Numbered from the stretch's first letter, positions 21,183 to 30,595 are shown. The stretch is DNA of 64,000 nucleotides from an uncultured Desulfurococcaceae archaeon (GCA_964627805.1 CAZVLA010000004.1:5310-69309); one strand, 5' to 3'. Numbers and translations: made by a program. Notes: generated from the sequence alone by a model not told the origin.

Positions 21183-21570
21183 TAGACACGGTAGCTATGC
21201 TTGACTTAGGTATTACTAAGGCCTTACCCTCATTCGTAACAACACCTAACTCATACCTTGTAACCTTCATTAATTTACCCTTAAGTACTGACCCATCAAC
21301 TAAAGTTACGTCAATCCTACACCCTATAAAGTCAGTAGTTAAGACCGTATCCTCTAACTCCTCCTGACTGTATCCGTGGAGGTCAGGAGGCTGAACTTCA
21401 ATAAACAGCACGGCATGCCTAAAGACTATAACGGGCCCGTCTCTGGTACGGAGACCTATCTCGTACCTACTAACTTCATCGATTACTCCCTCAATGAAGC
21501 CATCAACACCGATGACTTTAATCTTGGCAGACTTCCCAGTAAACCTACCGTCTAGGATGTTTTCCTTCAA
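21172..21570 (-). CDS. hypothetical protein with two tandem Sm/Hfq-like repeats
   Basis: Internal duplication is visible: IKVIGVDGFIEGVIDEVSRYEIGLRT..VIVFRHAVLFIEV versus IDVTLVDGSVLKGKLMKVTRYELGVVT..LVIPKSSIATVSI. Confidence 0.45.
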   Translation of the reverse strand: MKENILDGRFTGKSAKIKVIGVDGFIEGVIDEVSRYEIGLRTRDGPVIVFRHAVLFIEVQPPDLHGYSQEELEDTVLTTDFIGCRIDVTLVDGSVLKGKLMKVTRYELGVVTNEGKALVIPKSSIATVSIKE

Positions 21571-21647
21571 TTATACCTACCCAAGAATCAGAGGTGAGTT
21601 AAGAAAGTAAAAAGTATATATGTTAGTAATTTAAAAGAGCTACATAG

Positions 21648-21697
21648 ATGATGAAAGCCGGAGTGATGAATAGGGTGATTAGGCTGAGCTGCGCTGA
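21648..21697 (+). ncRNA. candidate C/D-box sRNA
   Basis: C box ATGATGA 21648-21654, 12-nt guide, D'-like TGAA 21667-21670, 4-5 nt spacer, C'-like GTGATTA 21675-21681, 12-nt guide 21682-21693, D box CTGA 21694-21697. Total about 50 nt, lying in a 150-nt gap between two minus-strand genes. Confidence 0.5.
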
Positions 21698-21721
21698 TTT
21701 GTAAGGGTTTTAAGTAATCAA

Positions 21722-22858
21722 TTAACTTACCTCTTTGTAGGCTAAACCTAACGATTCGGCGAGTTCATAGGCCCTACGCATTTCCTCTCCACTCGGTCTT
21801 CGGGCTATGTCGCTGTATTCCTTCCTATACTTAAGTACTAAGTACTCGGGCCTGTATTGGGCCATTACATTAACTAAGGCATGCTTACAGTTTACGGCTA
21901 TCCACTTAAGTACTGGTTCAGTACAGCAGTTCAGATGATTAGGTAGTACTAAGTGTCTAATGATGATGGGGTCGCCCTCCTTACATATTATGCTTAAGTT
22001 CCTAGTAACTACATTAAAGTAATTACTTACTTTAGATAGTCTTTCACCACAGGAATTATTACCGTACTTAAAGTCAGGTAGCCATATATCTATTAAGTCC
22101 TTAATTAGTTTAAGAGCTTCATTAGTTAAGTACATGTTGCTATTCCACAATTGCGGGACATTTACACGTACGTACTTAAGCGACGATATTATGGTATGTA
22201 TATTAGGTGTGGGGTCACCACCAACGTGGTTTATGTTTCTAGCACCTTCAAACCTTAAATACTCTTGAATAGCCGCTAACTCCGTCGGAGTTACTTTAAT
22301 CCCTGAGCGAGGATTAACTTGTGATATATCGTAATTTTGACAGTATACGCACTTGAAGTTACATCCACCGTAAAATATCGTACCACTAGGTACTAGGGGT
22401 GCCTCCTCACCCATATGTAGGAAGTACGACGATACGTAAGTATGTATGTCAATACTACAAGCACCTGACCTTAATCTCCTATCAATGCCGCATCTCCTCT
22501 CGCAGAACATGCATTCTCTAGTTATTCTCCAAGCAATCTCCTCCTTAATATCTATAAATGAGTACTTAGGGCTATCCATCTCCTCAACATCCTTAAGCGT
22601 TAAGTTACCTTCTCTAGCCTTACTAAGTAACTTAAGGAACTCTCTCCTAACCTCTTCGTGGAGATTCCATAATTCATCGTAACTTAATTCCTTAGGGTTC
22701 TGTTCAGTACCTACCTTCTTAGCTATTAGGAACTTAGCTGGTGTTCTATTCTCCATAACTCTTCTATACCACTTAAGCCTATCATTAACTACTTTAGACC
22801 TCCATACATACTCGGCATCGGGTCTTACTACCCTCCATAGCGCATTATTAAACCTCAT
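21722..22858 (-). CDS. radical SAM protein (PflA-like activating-enzyme family)
   Basis: CNFKCVYCQNYDIS gives the CxxxCxxC cluster motif, with an additional upstream Cys cluster (CMFCERRCG). Confidence 0.75.
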   Translation of the reverse strand: MRFNNALWRVVRPDAEYVWRSKVVNDRLKWYRRVMENRTPAKFLIAKKVGTEQNPKELSYDELWNLHEEVRREFLKLLSKAREGNLTLKDVEEMDSPKYSFIDIKEEIAWRITRECMFCERRCGIDRRLRSGACSIDIHTYVSSYFLHMGEEAPLVPSGTIFYGGCNFKCVYCQNYDISQVNPRSGIKVTPTELAAIQEYLRFEGARNINHVGGDPTPNIHTIISSLKYVRVNVPQLWNSNMYLTNEALKLIKDLIDIWLPDFKYGNNSCGERLSKVSNYFNVVTRNLSIICKEGDPIIIRHLVLPNHLNCCTEPVLKWIAVNCKHALVNVMAQYRPEYLVLKYRKEYSDIARRPSGEEMRRAYELAESLGLAYKEVS

Positions 22859-22894
22859 ACTCCCGAGTAATGTAACGTAATAGTCTCTATAAAC

Positions 22895-23314
22895 TTAATG
22901 AAGTAGGACATCTTCTAAATTAATAACGTGTACCTCGCTGATTACTCTCCTACTACCTAACTTAGTGATTTTAACACCTTCAAGAGTAAGTAATTTCTCC
23001 TTAAATTCTGGGGAACTCCTTGAGTGTAGGGTGTAGCCACCTAGTTCCATATTCGACTTAATCACTCGGTGACAGGGCACTACTATGGGTTTCTCATTAC
23101 TTTTAAGCACGTTAGCCACGAACCTAGGACTTACTCCGAGAACCTTAGCTATCGACGAGTACGTAGTCACCTTACCTATAGGTACTAACTGAATAAGTGC
23201 GAAGATAAGTTCTCTTAAATAGCTCAGTACCTTACTATGATCGCTTATTACCTCGTAGAAGTCATTACTAATAAACAAAACAATATGTTTTGATTTATGC
23301 TTTCTTTCCCTCAT
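22895..23314 (-). CDS. ogt: methylated-DNA--protein-cysteine methyltransferase
   Basis: IPIGKVTTYSSIAKVLG..VVPCHRVIKSNMELGGY contains the PCHRV active site. Confidence 0.85.
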   Translation of the reverse strand: MRERKHKSKHIVLFISNDFYEVISDHSKVLSYLRELIFALIQLVPIGKVTTYSSIAKVLGVSPRFVANVLKSNEKPIVVPCHRVIKSNMELGGYTLHSRSSPEFKEKLLTLEGVKITKLGSRRVISEVHVINLEDVLLH

Positions 23315-23326
23315 TAACTACTATAC

Positions 23327-23551
23327 CTACTTACCCTCACTACTCTCCATGGCTTTCTTAGCTTTTATTATTATGACTCCTTCCTGCTCCCTTCTCTCTA
23401 CTATGAACTCTGTACCCCATTTCTCAACCATGTTCTTCGGAAGGTAAAGGTTCAGTGGTAGTGTGTAGTACTCGTATGTGTATACCTTACCCTTTACCAC
23501 TTTCTTACCAATAACCTTTCTAGCAGTTGCTTCTCGACGAGTAACGCTCAT
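23327..23551 (-). CDS. hypothetical small basic protein
   Basis: 74-aa Lys/Arg-rich ORF immediately upstream of ogt on the same strand. No family recognised. Confidence 0.35.
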   Translation of the reverse strand: MSVTRREATARKVIGKKVVKGKVYTYEYYTLPLNLYLPKNMVEKWGTEFIVERREQEGVIIIKAKKAMESSEGK

Positions 23552-23661
23552 TCATCTCACCCTTTAAAGCTTGTAAAACTAAGTTATTAAGCTTCTGTTA
23601 CATGAGTACTTTAAAATTCATTAATGAAGTATCATTACCGAGATATAACAGTTAAACATTA

Positions 23662-25221
23662 TTAATCTTCATAGCTAAATGAAAATAGAGGTTCATCCTG
23701 TACATAGTTTTTACCCAGCTTTAAAGCAATTTCCGCTTTACTCAATTCGTAACCTAAATAAATTGCATGCTCCTTACTCAACCCTATATTTCTAATAACA
23801 TATCTCCCTAAACTTAAGGCATCCTCTCCGGTAAATCTTATCATAACTTTGTTATTACTTCTTTTGTGTACATCAACTACAATCAATTTCTTCTTATGAT
23901 CAACGTATATCCTTAAATAATATTCTCTATCTAGTACTGGCGGTACTTTACCTACGTTAACTACGTTAGTAATTGGTGATTGCCTAGGTACTTCAGCACT
24001 TCTAGGTCTCTTATCCTTAAGTATGAGTAAGTTTAAGTTAACATTTATTGGTGGGGATCTCCTAACGTAAGCCCTATAAATCATATTACGAGCTATGTAT
24101 GCTTCCTTAATAGCGCCCTTAGCCTTGTAACTTTCCTCAGTTACTAACATATTACTGATGCCTAGCTCAAAGCCTAAGGTCATTAATGTAGCTATCACTC
24201 CATGCGAATCAACGTCCATTAACTCATAAACATTTGATAGACCCATCATAAGCGGTACTCTCATGTTCTTAGATACGTATTTATACTTAATTATCGAATC
24301 TATTAAGCCAAGTAGCGGTGGCTTAAGGACTGCGTCGATAATTATTTTATCAATACCTAAGGTGCTTAATTCTGTGATTATGGATTTAATATATGCTAAA
24401 TTCTCAGCTATAACTACGATTGCCTTATCCTTTAACTCACTTGAGTACTTTCTTATTAAGTCTATCCTATTAATTACGTCTAGATTCATTAGGATATCAA
24501 CATCGCTTAGTAATGCGTCATCCCTAACTATTAAGTCTATAGGTGCATCAATACCTATTAATAACTCACTATCGTAGCTCCTTATTTCCCTAATCAATTT
24601 ACGTAGAGGAGCGGTGTCATAATTACCAGCTTCTAATCCAAGCACTATACCTTGATAATTATATCTTCTTAACTTATTCACTACATTCAATACCTCATTA
24701 AGGCCCTCCTTAATTTTATTCCTAACCACTACTTCGTAGAGTAAGTTAATGGGTGGGGGTCTTACTGGGAATTTAACACCCCTTAAGTAGAATGAAGTAG
24801 GTGATGTGCTTAATGCCTCACGCACCCTCTCATCATATACTTGCCTAAGGTAGTTCTCCATAACTTCATCAGCAGGCTTCTCTTTACTTAATCTACCACC
24901 GCTCATTATGTAATCTATAAGTACGGGGATGTCACCAGCGTATTTAGTGCCTTTGAAGACTTCAGCATTAACTACCCTCTCAATTAATTCAGTACTACCA
25001 ACTACAAGTCCAGGTATGAGAATTATGTCAGCATCTCTCAAGATCCTCTTATAAGGATCCCTACTCAAGTAATTAGCTATGTCCTTGGTAGTAGCTAGGG
25101 AGGCTATAGGTACTTCCTCAAGAGTAATTACCTCTATACTACAGTCACTCCTACGTAGATCCTTAACTATACTCCTCACTATATCACTAGCAGCTCTAGT
25201 AGTTACTAGTACGATCTTCAT
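23662..25221 (-). CDS. dihydropteroate-synthase-like protein with C-terminal DUF4346-like domain
   Basis: 519 aa. The C-terminal segment YYLRIYVDH..IRFTGEDALSLGRYVI..EHAIYLGYELSKAEIALKLGKNYVQDEPL matches my recollection of DUF4346. The assignment of the pterin-binding barrel is weaker. Confidence 0.4.
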   Translation of the reverse strand: MKIVLVTTRAASDIVRSIVKDLRRSDCSIEVITLEEVPIASLATTKDIANYLSRDPYKRILRDADIILIPGLVVGSTELIERVVNAEVFKGTKYAGDIPVLIDYIMSGGRLSKEKPADEVMENYLRQVYDERVREALSTSPTSFYLRGVKFPVRPPPINLLYEVVVRNKIKEGLNEVLNVVNKLRRYNYQGIVLGLEAGNYDTAPLRKLIREIRSYDSELLIGIDAPIDLIVRDDALLSDVDILMNLDVINRIDLIRKYSSELKDKAIVVIAENLAYIKSIITELSTLGIDKIIIDAVLKPPLLGLIDSIIKYKYVSKNMRVPLMMGLSNVYELMDVDSHGVIATLMTLGFELGISNMLVTEESYKAKGAIKEAYIARNMIYRAYVRRSPPINVNLNLLILKDKRPRSAEVPRQSPITNVVNVGKVPPVLDREYYLRIYVDHKKKLIVVDVHKRSNNKVMIRFTGEDALSLGRYVIRNIGLSKEHAIYLGYELSKAEIALKLGKNYVQDEPLFSFSYED

Positions 25222-25302
25222 TACCCACCCACTACCTAGAAAAGCACTGATAAGCTTAAAACTACATAAGCCTATACAGAAAAGTTAGTTTGGTCAGTAG
25301 AG

Positions 25303-25593
25303 ATGGTCGAAAAGATACCCGCACTTGATTTAGAGGGTTTAGCAATAAATGGTCTAATAGAGTCTTTTGAATTACGTGAATGTAGGGAGTTAGGGAATGA
25401 TTACGTTAAGGTAGTAGCTCAGTTAAAGAACGGGGTACGTGTTGAAACCGAATGTGGTCCTAGGCAGAGGATTGGTAGGGTTTACTTAACGTTAGTTAAG
25501 TATAAAGACTGGGGTAAGTCGATAGTCCTTGAGGGAGTTTCAGAGGAGATGATGAGTGGTATTACATATGACCTAGACCTAGGGCAGGAATGA
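25303..25593 (+). CDS. hypothetical protein
   Basis: 96-aa ORF with host-like codon usage. No family recognised. Confidence 0.35.
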   Translation: MVEKIPALDLEGLAINGLIESFELRECRELGNDYVKVVAQLKNGVRVETECGPRQRIGRVYLTLVKYKDWGKSIVLEGVSEEMMSGITYDLDLGQE

Positions 25594-25716
25594 TTAAAAC
25601 ACCAGACGCTGACTTCAGGAGTCACTCCTCATTAATTAAACTAATTAAGCAGAGTGAAGTTGAGTAACGAAAAAGTTTTTAACCTTCTAAGCTCACACCC
25701 ACTGTCGGGTTGCAAG

Positions 25717-26010
25717 ATGAAGTTCTGTCCTAGGTGTGGATCGGTACTAATGCCCGTGAAGAGGGGCGATAAACTAGTATTGAAGTGCCCATCATGCGGG
25801 TATGAGGAGGAGGTCAGGGGTAATATTAAGAAAGACTACACCATAGAGGCTAAGTCAAACGCAGAGAATAAGGTAAAGACAACATCAATAGTGAGTGAGG
25901 GTAGGGGAGGATTCAGGAGTCGTGAGGAGCTTGAGCAGGAGAAGGAGGAGTTCTACGAGGTATTCCTGGAGCTTATGGGTGGTGAAGAAGGAGGCGGGGA
26001 AGGAGAGTAA
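25717..26010 (+). CDS. RPB9/TFS N-terminal-type zinc-ribbon protein with acidic Gly/Glu tail
   Basis: MKFCPRCGSVLMPVKRGDKLVLKCPSCGYEEE is an N-ribbon like RpoM/TFS. There is no C-terminal ribbon and the protein ends GGEEGGGEGE. Start moved to ATG 25717, about 35 nt downstream of AAAAGTTTTTAA. Confidence 0.5.
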   Translation: MKFCPRCGSVLMPVKRGDKLVLKCPSCGYEEEVRGNIKKDYTIEAKSNAENKVKTTSIVSEGRGGFRSREELEQEKEEFYEVFLELMGGEEGGGEGE

Positions 26011-26080
26011 GGGGCAATAATACGCTTATTCACTTATCTTAGTTACTCCCATAACTCTAATTGAGTTAATGAGGCATTAC

Positions 26081-26086
26081 TTATAA
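26081..26086 (+). promoter_or_regulatory. TATA-box-like element for tRNA-Leu
   Basis: TTATAA lies 26-31 nt upstream of tRNA position 1. Confidence 0.4.
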
Positions 26087-26111
26087 CCCCCGACCCTAAA
26101 GAATGGTTGGC

Positions 26112-26214
26112 GCGGGGGTGCCCGAGCCAGGTCAAAGGGGTCGGGCTCAGGACCCTCAGGTGGGAGCCCCGATGGCAGAGGCCTGCGTGGGTTCAAATCC
26201 CACCCCCCGCACCA
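26112..26214 (+). tRNA. tRNA-Leu(CAG) with a 15-nt intron (26152-26166), CCA encoded
   Basis: Hand-folded. Acceptor GCGGGGG/CCCCCGC, D arm CCC/GGG, anticodon stem TCGGG/CCCGA with loop CTCAGG|intron|C, long variable arm, and T arm GTGGG-TTCAAAT-CCCAC. Confidence 0.8.
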
Positions 26215-26219
26215 AAGAA

Positions 26220-26600
26220 TCACTGCTTACTTCTCTCATCTCCACGCTTGATTGATTTAATCCTACGTACCTTCTCAATAATGTCTAAGTACTGACTTAC
26301 TAAGTTAAGTACATCACTACTTACTGAATCCTTAGATACTTCATTTATTAAGTTCAGTAGCTTATTTGACGCGATCTTCTCAACTAAGTCTAGCACAGCA
26401 TTCGTTGTTACTTCAATTGCCTCCCGCTCATCTCTCACTACCTTAACCTCACCGTGTATGGGGCATACTAAGCTGCCATCCTTCAACCTGAATAATGGTG
26501 AGTTACAGAGGGGGCATGACTGATCAAGCATTACAGCTCCTGAACGCATTAGTTCCGTCATTCTCTTTATTAGTTTTGCTCTATCAACACCTTCGCGCAT
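26220..26600 (-). CDS. UPF0148/SSSCA1-like zinc-ribbon protein
   Basis: ELMRSGAVMLDQSCPLCNSPLFRLKDGSLVCPIHG matches the archaeal UPF0148 signature. Confidence 0.65.
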   Translation of the reverse strand: MREGVDRAKLIKRMTELMRSGAVMLDQSCPLCNSPLFRLKDGSLVCPIHGEVKVVRDEREAIEVTTNAVLDLVEKIASNKLLNLINEVSKDSVSSDVLNLVSQYLDIIEKVRRIKSIKRGDERSKQ

Positions 26601-26664
26601 ACATCGACCCCCAACTTAAATCCTTATTTATTCCTTTATCTCTAACCCCAAGGGGTGGGAATTA

Positions 26665-26952
26665 GTGTCGCAACCACTGCCAATGGATAAGAAGTCACTT
26701 AATGAGGCTAAGATACTACAGGCTGTAAGGTTACTCAATAGAATAATAGGTGACTCAAGTGTACCTAGGAACATAAGAAGGGCAGCTATCGAGGCTTTAA
26801 GAATGCTTCAGGACACAAGCTTATCACCAGGTGTTAGAGCAGCTAATGCTGTAGGTGTCCTAGACGAGGTTAGTCAAGACCCTAACATGCCAATGCATAC
26901 TAGAACCATGATATGGAACATAATGGCAGTACTATCAACTGTTAAGGACTAG
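26665..26952 (+). CDS. UPF0147-family protein
   Basis: [47 protein letters not shown] is the conserved UPF0147 core. Confidence 0.7.
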   Translation: MSQPLPMDKKSLNEAKILQAVRLLNRIIGDSSVPRNIRRAAIEALRMLQDTSLSPGVRAANAVGVLDEVSQDPNMPMHTRTMIWNIMAVLSTVKD

Positions 26953-26983
26953 CTACACCAGTAATTATAGAGGTAGTGAGGGT

Positions 26984-28423
26984 GTGTATAGAGGTATGGT
27001 GGTAAGAGCTAGGGTTAGGGGAGTATATGCGACTGCACTCTCAAAGATACTCAATGACCACGGCGTAGAGCTCGTAGATGTCAGCGAGGTAATAGCTGCT
27101 AGGTTAGGAATAGATACTAGGAGGGGGTTACCAGCCGATGCTACCGTAAAGACCGATGATGCTGACCCATCACAAATACTGGTGCTTGGATTTCCAGAGA
27201 GCGTTAATTACATTACTGAGGTGATAGAGAATGAAGTACCCTACGTAATAACCTTCAAACCCGAGATAGGTCTCTACTCAGCATTTAAGGCAGTCGTTAA
27301 GCGTAGGTCTGGCGGTGAGTGCTTTGTGGAGACACCATTAGGTGATGCCGTGCTCGTTGACACTGACGAATGTAGTGAAGGGAGTGAGATACCCGTATCG
27401 GTTGTTAAAGTACCTATAAGACCTCATGAAAAACTCGTGGTCTCTGGTAGGGTGCGTGTTGTTGGTAAGTACGCGATAGTTAGTTACGGATCAGGGGTGT
27501 CGTTCAGTAGCTTCATAAGGAATAAGGATAGGATAGCTGAGTTACTAAGTATATCAGCCAAGTACTTAAGGGAGGGGTACGGGATAAGGTGGAGGAGTAA
27601 TGCTGACGAAGCACCTCTAGACGATATAGTTTCTGAGTTACCTAATCTAGTTAAAGAGTTAGAAGAGTTAAAAAAGAAACTTGATGATGCTGAGCCACTC
27701 AAGGTTATCTATGATGGTGAGTACGTAAGGCTAATAGGTCTTACATATCCAGCTAAGGTATACTTAGACAGGATTAGAGAGGAGGTAACACCTACAACAC
27801 CATATCATCACCTACTAAGGAGTTGCGACTCGCCTCAAGTTAATGGACTCGTCGACCTACTGGATATGATTTCTGAATTTATTAATAAGAGTAAGCTAGA
27901 GGCAGTTATTAGGAAGTGGATATGTAGGAGGTTAATTGATAAGAGGGAAGTGATTCTTAATCACAAAAGACTAACTGGTAGGGATGTGATCCTAGGTAGG
28001 GGTAAGGTAGAGAGTTTCGACGCTGACGAAGATAAGGCTAAACTGGTGGTTAGGAGGAGTATAAAGTCAAGAGGTACATACGATGGTTTAGGCATTAAGA
28101 AGGAAGTAGGGGATGTAGCGTATACCGAAGTAGTTGAGGGTAGGTGGTTCATCATACATAGATACTACAGTAGGGACGGTAAGTTAAAGGGTATTTACAT
28201 AAACATAAATACACCACCTGAGCTACTCCCTACAGGATCAATAACGTACATTGACCTAGGCACAGATATAGTCAATGACGGTAGTGGCTGTAAGTTAATA
28301 GAGAGCAGCGACTTCAGGAAGTTAATAGAGCGTGAATTAATTAATGGCGACGTAATTAGGGCTGTAGCTTCATCCTTAAACGAAATACTCAATAATGCAT
28401 GTCTAAAATCAGGGGAGCCTTAA
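26984..28423 (+). CDS. FAU-1-like RNA-binding protein / probable ribonuclease (DUF402 C-terminus)
   Basis: The N-terminus RARVRGVYATALSKILNDHGVELV resembles Pyrococcus FAU-1. Size (about 475 aa) is consistent. Confidence 0.55.
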   Translation: MYRGMVVRARVRGVYATALSKILNDHGVELVDVSEVIAARLGIDTRRGLPADATVKTDDADPSQILVLGFPESVNYITEVIENEVPYVITFKPEIGLYSAFKAVVKRRSGGECFVETPLGDAVLVDTDECSEGSEIPVSVVKVPIRPHEKLVVSGRVRVVGKYAIVSYGSGVSFSSFIRNKDRIAELLSISAKYLREGYGIRWRSNADEAPLDDIVSELPNLVKELEELKKKLDDAEPLKVIYDGEYVRLIGLTYPAKVYLDRIREEVTPTTPYHHLLRSCDSPQVNGLVDLLDMISEFINKSKLEAVIRKWICRRLIDKREVILNHKRLTGRDVILGRGKVESFDADEDKAKLVVRRSIKSRGTYDGLGIKKEVGDVAYTEVVEGRWFIIHRYYSRDGKLKGIYININTPPELLPTGSITYIDLGTDIVNDGSGCKLIESSDFRKLIERELINGDVIRAVASSLNEILNNACLKSGEP

Positions 28424-28424
28424 A

Positions 28425-29021
28425 TCAGTTTTTACATTCAAGAACCTTAATCACTAACTCGTATACCTCCTTAAAGACCTCATCAATAGTAGCTTCAGCA
28501 TTAACAAGTACCAACTCACCATTATTGACTAATGACAGGTAGATCTCCCTTACTCTCCTAAGGACTGAGATGTCCTCTAAGTAGGAAAGTTTCCTTCCAT
28601 TTTTTGATTTAATCCTACTAATTCCTATCTCAGGTCTTACGTCCAAGTATATGGCTATGTTAGGCTTCACCGCAAATTTATTAAGGCTCCTTATCCACCG
28701 TACATCAGCTCCTCTAGCTCCTTGATAAGCTATTGATGAATAGAAATACCTATCGCAGATAATTACGTAACCACGCCTTAAGTTAGGTACTATAAAGTCC
28801 CTAACATGTACGTATCTATCAGCCGCCAGTAGTAAAGCTTCGATCTCAGCACCTAATCTTCTTCCATAGATCTCTATGAGATCTATAAATTCTTTATTTA
28901 TGGGTTCATAGGTGTATACAGCCCTAATACCTCTACTCCTTAACTCCCGTAGAAGCATCTTAGAGATAGTGGTTTTACCTGATCCATCGATACCTTCAAT
29001 AACTATTAACTTACCCGTCAA
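28425..29021 (-). CDS. tmk: thymidylate kinase
   Basis: LIVIEGIDGSGKTT P-loop, and DRYFYSSIAYQGARG. Confidence 0.85.
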   Translation of the reverse strand: MTGKLIVIEGIDGSGKTTISKMLLRELRSRGIRAVYTYEPINKEFIDLIEIYGRRLGAEIEALLLAADRYVHVRDFIVPNLRRGYVIICDRYFYSSIAYQGARGADVRWIRSLNKFAVKPNIAIYLDVRPEIGISRIKSKNGRKLSYLEDISVLRRVREIYLSLVNNGELVLVNAEATIDEVFKEVYELVIKVLECKN

Positions 29022-29427
29022 TACTTAACACCTCATCCTCAATACATGCACTCACTGACCAATTCCTACCAGAACTACTAATTACATCCTCTAATCTACT
29101 GAAGTCATCCCTACTTAATTCGTAGAGGGGTATATCAGCAAGTACAGCACCTACAACAGTGACTACGTCACTCTTCGTTACGATTAACGCCTTAGGCTTA
29201 TTGCCTTCAATATTTAATCCAAGTATCTTATACGAACCAACAGTACTTCCTATACCTCCTAAATAAACAAGTACTTTATTCTTCACGGATACGTCATTAA
29301 GTACAGTACCCCTCTTGGGATCTAAATCACCTAGGTACGAAATAGGTTTATTAATAAAGACTAACTCACCGCAGATTCTGCGTTCCTTACTAGGTACTAT
29401 AGCCTTAAGTCTCAACCTGAGGGGCAA
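29011..29427 (-). CDS. aconitase-X swivel-domain protein (DUF126); phosphomevalonate dehydratase small subunit candidate
   Basis: GELVFINKPISYLGDLDPKRGTV..VLVYLGGIGSTVGSY..PKALIV..VVGAVLADIPL fits the DUF126 pattern. It overlaps tmk by 11 nt and abuts the DUF521 gene. Confidence 0.6.
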   Translation of the reverse strand: MPLRLRLKAIVPSKERRICGELVFINKPISYLGDLDPKRGTVLNDVSVKNKVLVYLGGIGSTVGSYKILGLNIEGNKPKALIVTKSDVVTVVGAVLADIPLYELSRDDFSRLEDVISSSGRNWSVSACIEDEVLSIDG

Positions 29428-29429
29428 TA

Positions 29430-30593
29430 CTACTTACCCCTCAATAACTTAATAATTTCTTTAAAACTCATTACGTACGTAGGTATTTTAGATATCTTAG
29501 GTATGTAGTGAAGTGCCTTAAAGGAATTAGTAATTACTTCCTCTACACCAAAATCGCTTAACCTAGTAACGACAGGACATACGTGTTCTAAAATCTTAAC
29601 GCCTTTAGACGCTAATAACTTAACTTCGTAATTACTTAGGGGCACTGAGTCATGTACTAATACCCATAATTCTGAGGAGTACTTAGCAGGGCTTAATTCT
29701 TTAAGTACTTCGTATAACTTGATTACGTCATCAGATTTAAGGTGAGGACATCCCACAATAAATAACGTATCCTTACGTAACTCCCTATCATGATGAGCCA
29801 CGTCCTTAATAAATCTCCTTAAGTCATTAGTGGTTAAGATGTTTTTATCAAGTAAATCACTACTTACTTCACCGTAGGTGTATTTAGGAGTGACTGAATC
29901 AAGTATGAGTATGGGTGATGATGCGGAGGCACCGAAAGCAGCTAATAAGGACCTTATTAGCTCTAGATCCTTAACCTTAATACCTAATACGTAAGGTACT
30001 TCATGAGGGTATAACTTACCTATTAAGTAACCCAGAGCCGATGCTTCAAGTTCGTTACGTGGATTAATTGCTTTAATCTCAACAGTAGGACTTAAATTAC
30101 CTTTATGAATTTCTGAATTACATGTATAACCAACTAACGCAGACATCAGTGCTGAGGGACCTCCCTCTCGGTTGGTTTTTGCTCCATAATATGAATTAGC
30201 TAGTAGTACGGCATTACTTTCAGCCCAAGCTAAGTGCTCATTAGGCTTAGGTTCCCTGATGAAGTAGGGTGCGCATGTAAAGCCCTTAGCACCTAATAGA
30301 GTTAGGTATTTAACTATCTCGTATTGCTTATTAATGATGCTTTCATCAAGCCTTAATCCTCTAAAATCGGTATTCACTACAGCATATGGATTAGCGGTTG
30401 TGTATACTTTAAACTTACCTCCTCCTAAGTAGAGATCTTTAATTAACTTGAGGCCGTAATCACCTATATTGAAGTACGAAATTCCCGATATGTGTGCATG
30501 AACTACATTAACTACTTCATTAATACCTAACGCGTTACACACCCTATTAATAACCTCCTTAGCGAGTTCGTAGGGACTTAGAACATTACTCAC
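29430..30593 (-). CDS. aconitase-X catalytic-domain protein (DUF521); phosphomevalonate dehydratase large subunit candidate
   Basis: 387 aa. Contains a FIVGCPHLKSDD-type motif and is paired with DUF126 directly downstream. Confidence 0.6.
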   Translation of the reverse strand: MSNVLSPYELAKEVINRVCNALGINEVVNVVHAHISGISYFNIGDYGLKLIKDLYLGGGKFKVYTTANPYAVVNTDFRGLRLDESIINKQYEIVKYLTLLGAKGFTCAPYFIREPKPNEHLAWAESNAVLLANSYYGAKTNREGGPSALMSALVGYTCNSEIHKGNLSPTVEIKAINPRNELEASALGYLIGKLYPHEVPYVLGIKVKDLELIRSLLAAFGASASSPILILDSVTPKYTYGEVSSDLLDKNILTTNDLRRFIKDVAHHDRELRKDTLFIVGCPHLKSDDVIKLYEVLKELSPAKYSSELWVLVHDSVPLSNYEVKLLASKGVKILEHVCPVVTRLSDFGVEEVITNSFKALHYIPKISKIPTYVMSFKEIIKLLRGK

Positions 30594-30595
30594 GC

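Noticed and set aside
26107-26295. Track ORFs overlapping tRNA genes (26107-26295 over tRNA-Leu, 40146-40250 over tRNA-Asp, 53693-53905 over tRNA-Arg)
   Set aside because: The sequences fold into canonical tRNAs. The ORFs are artefacts, and the aIF5A gene begins at internal ATG 40251.
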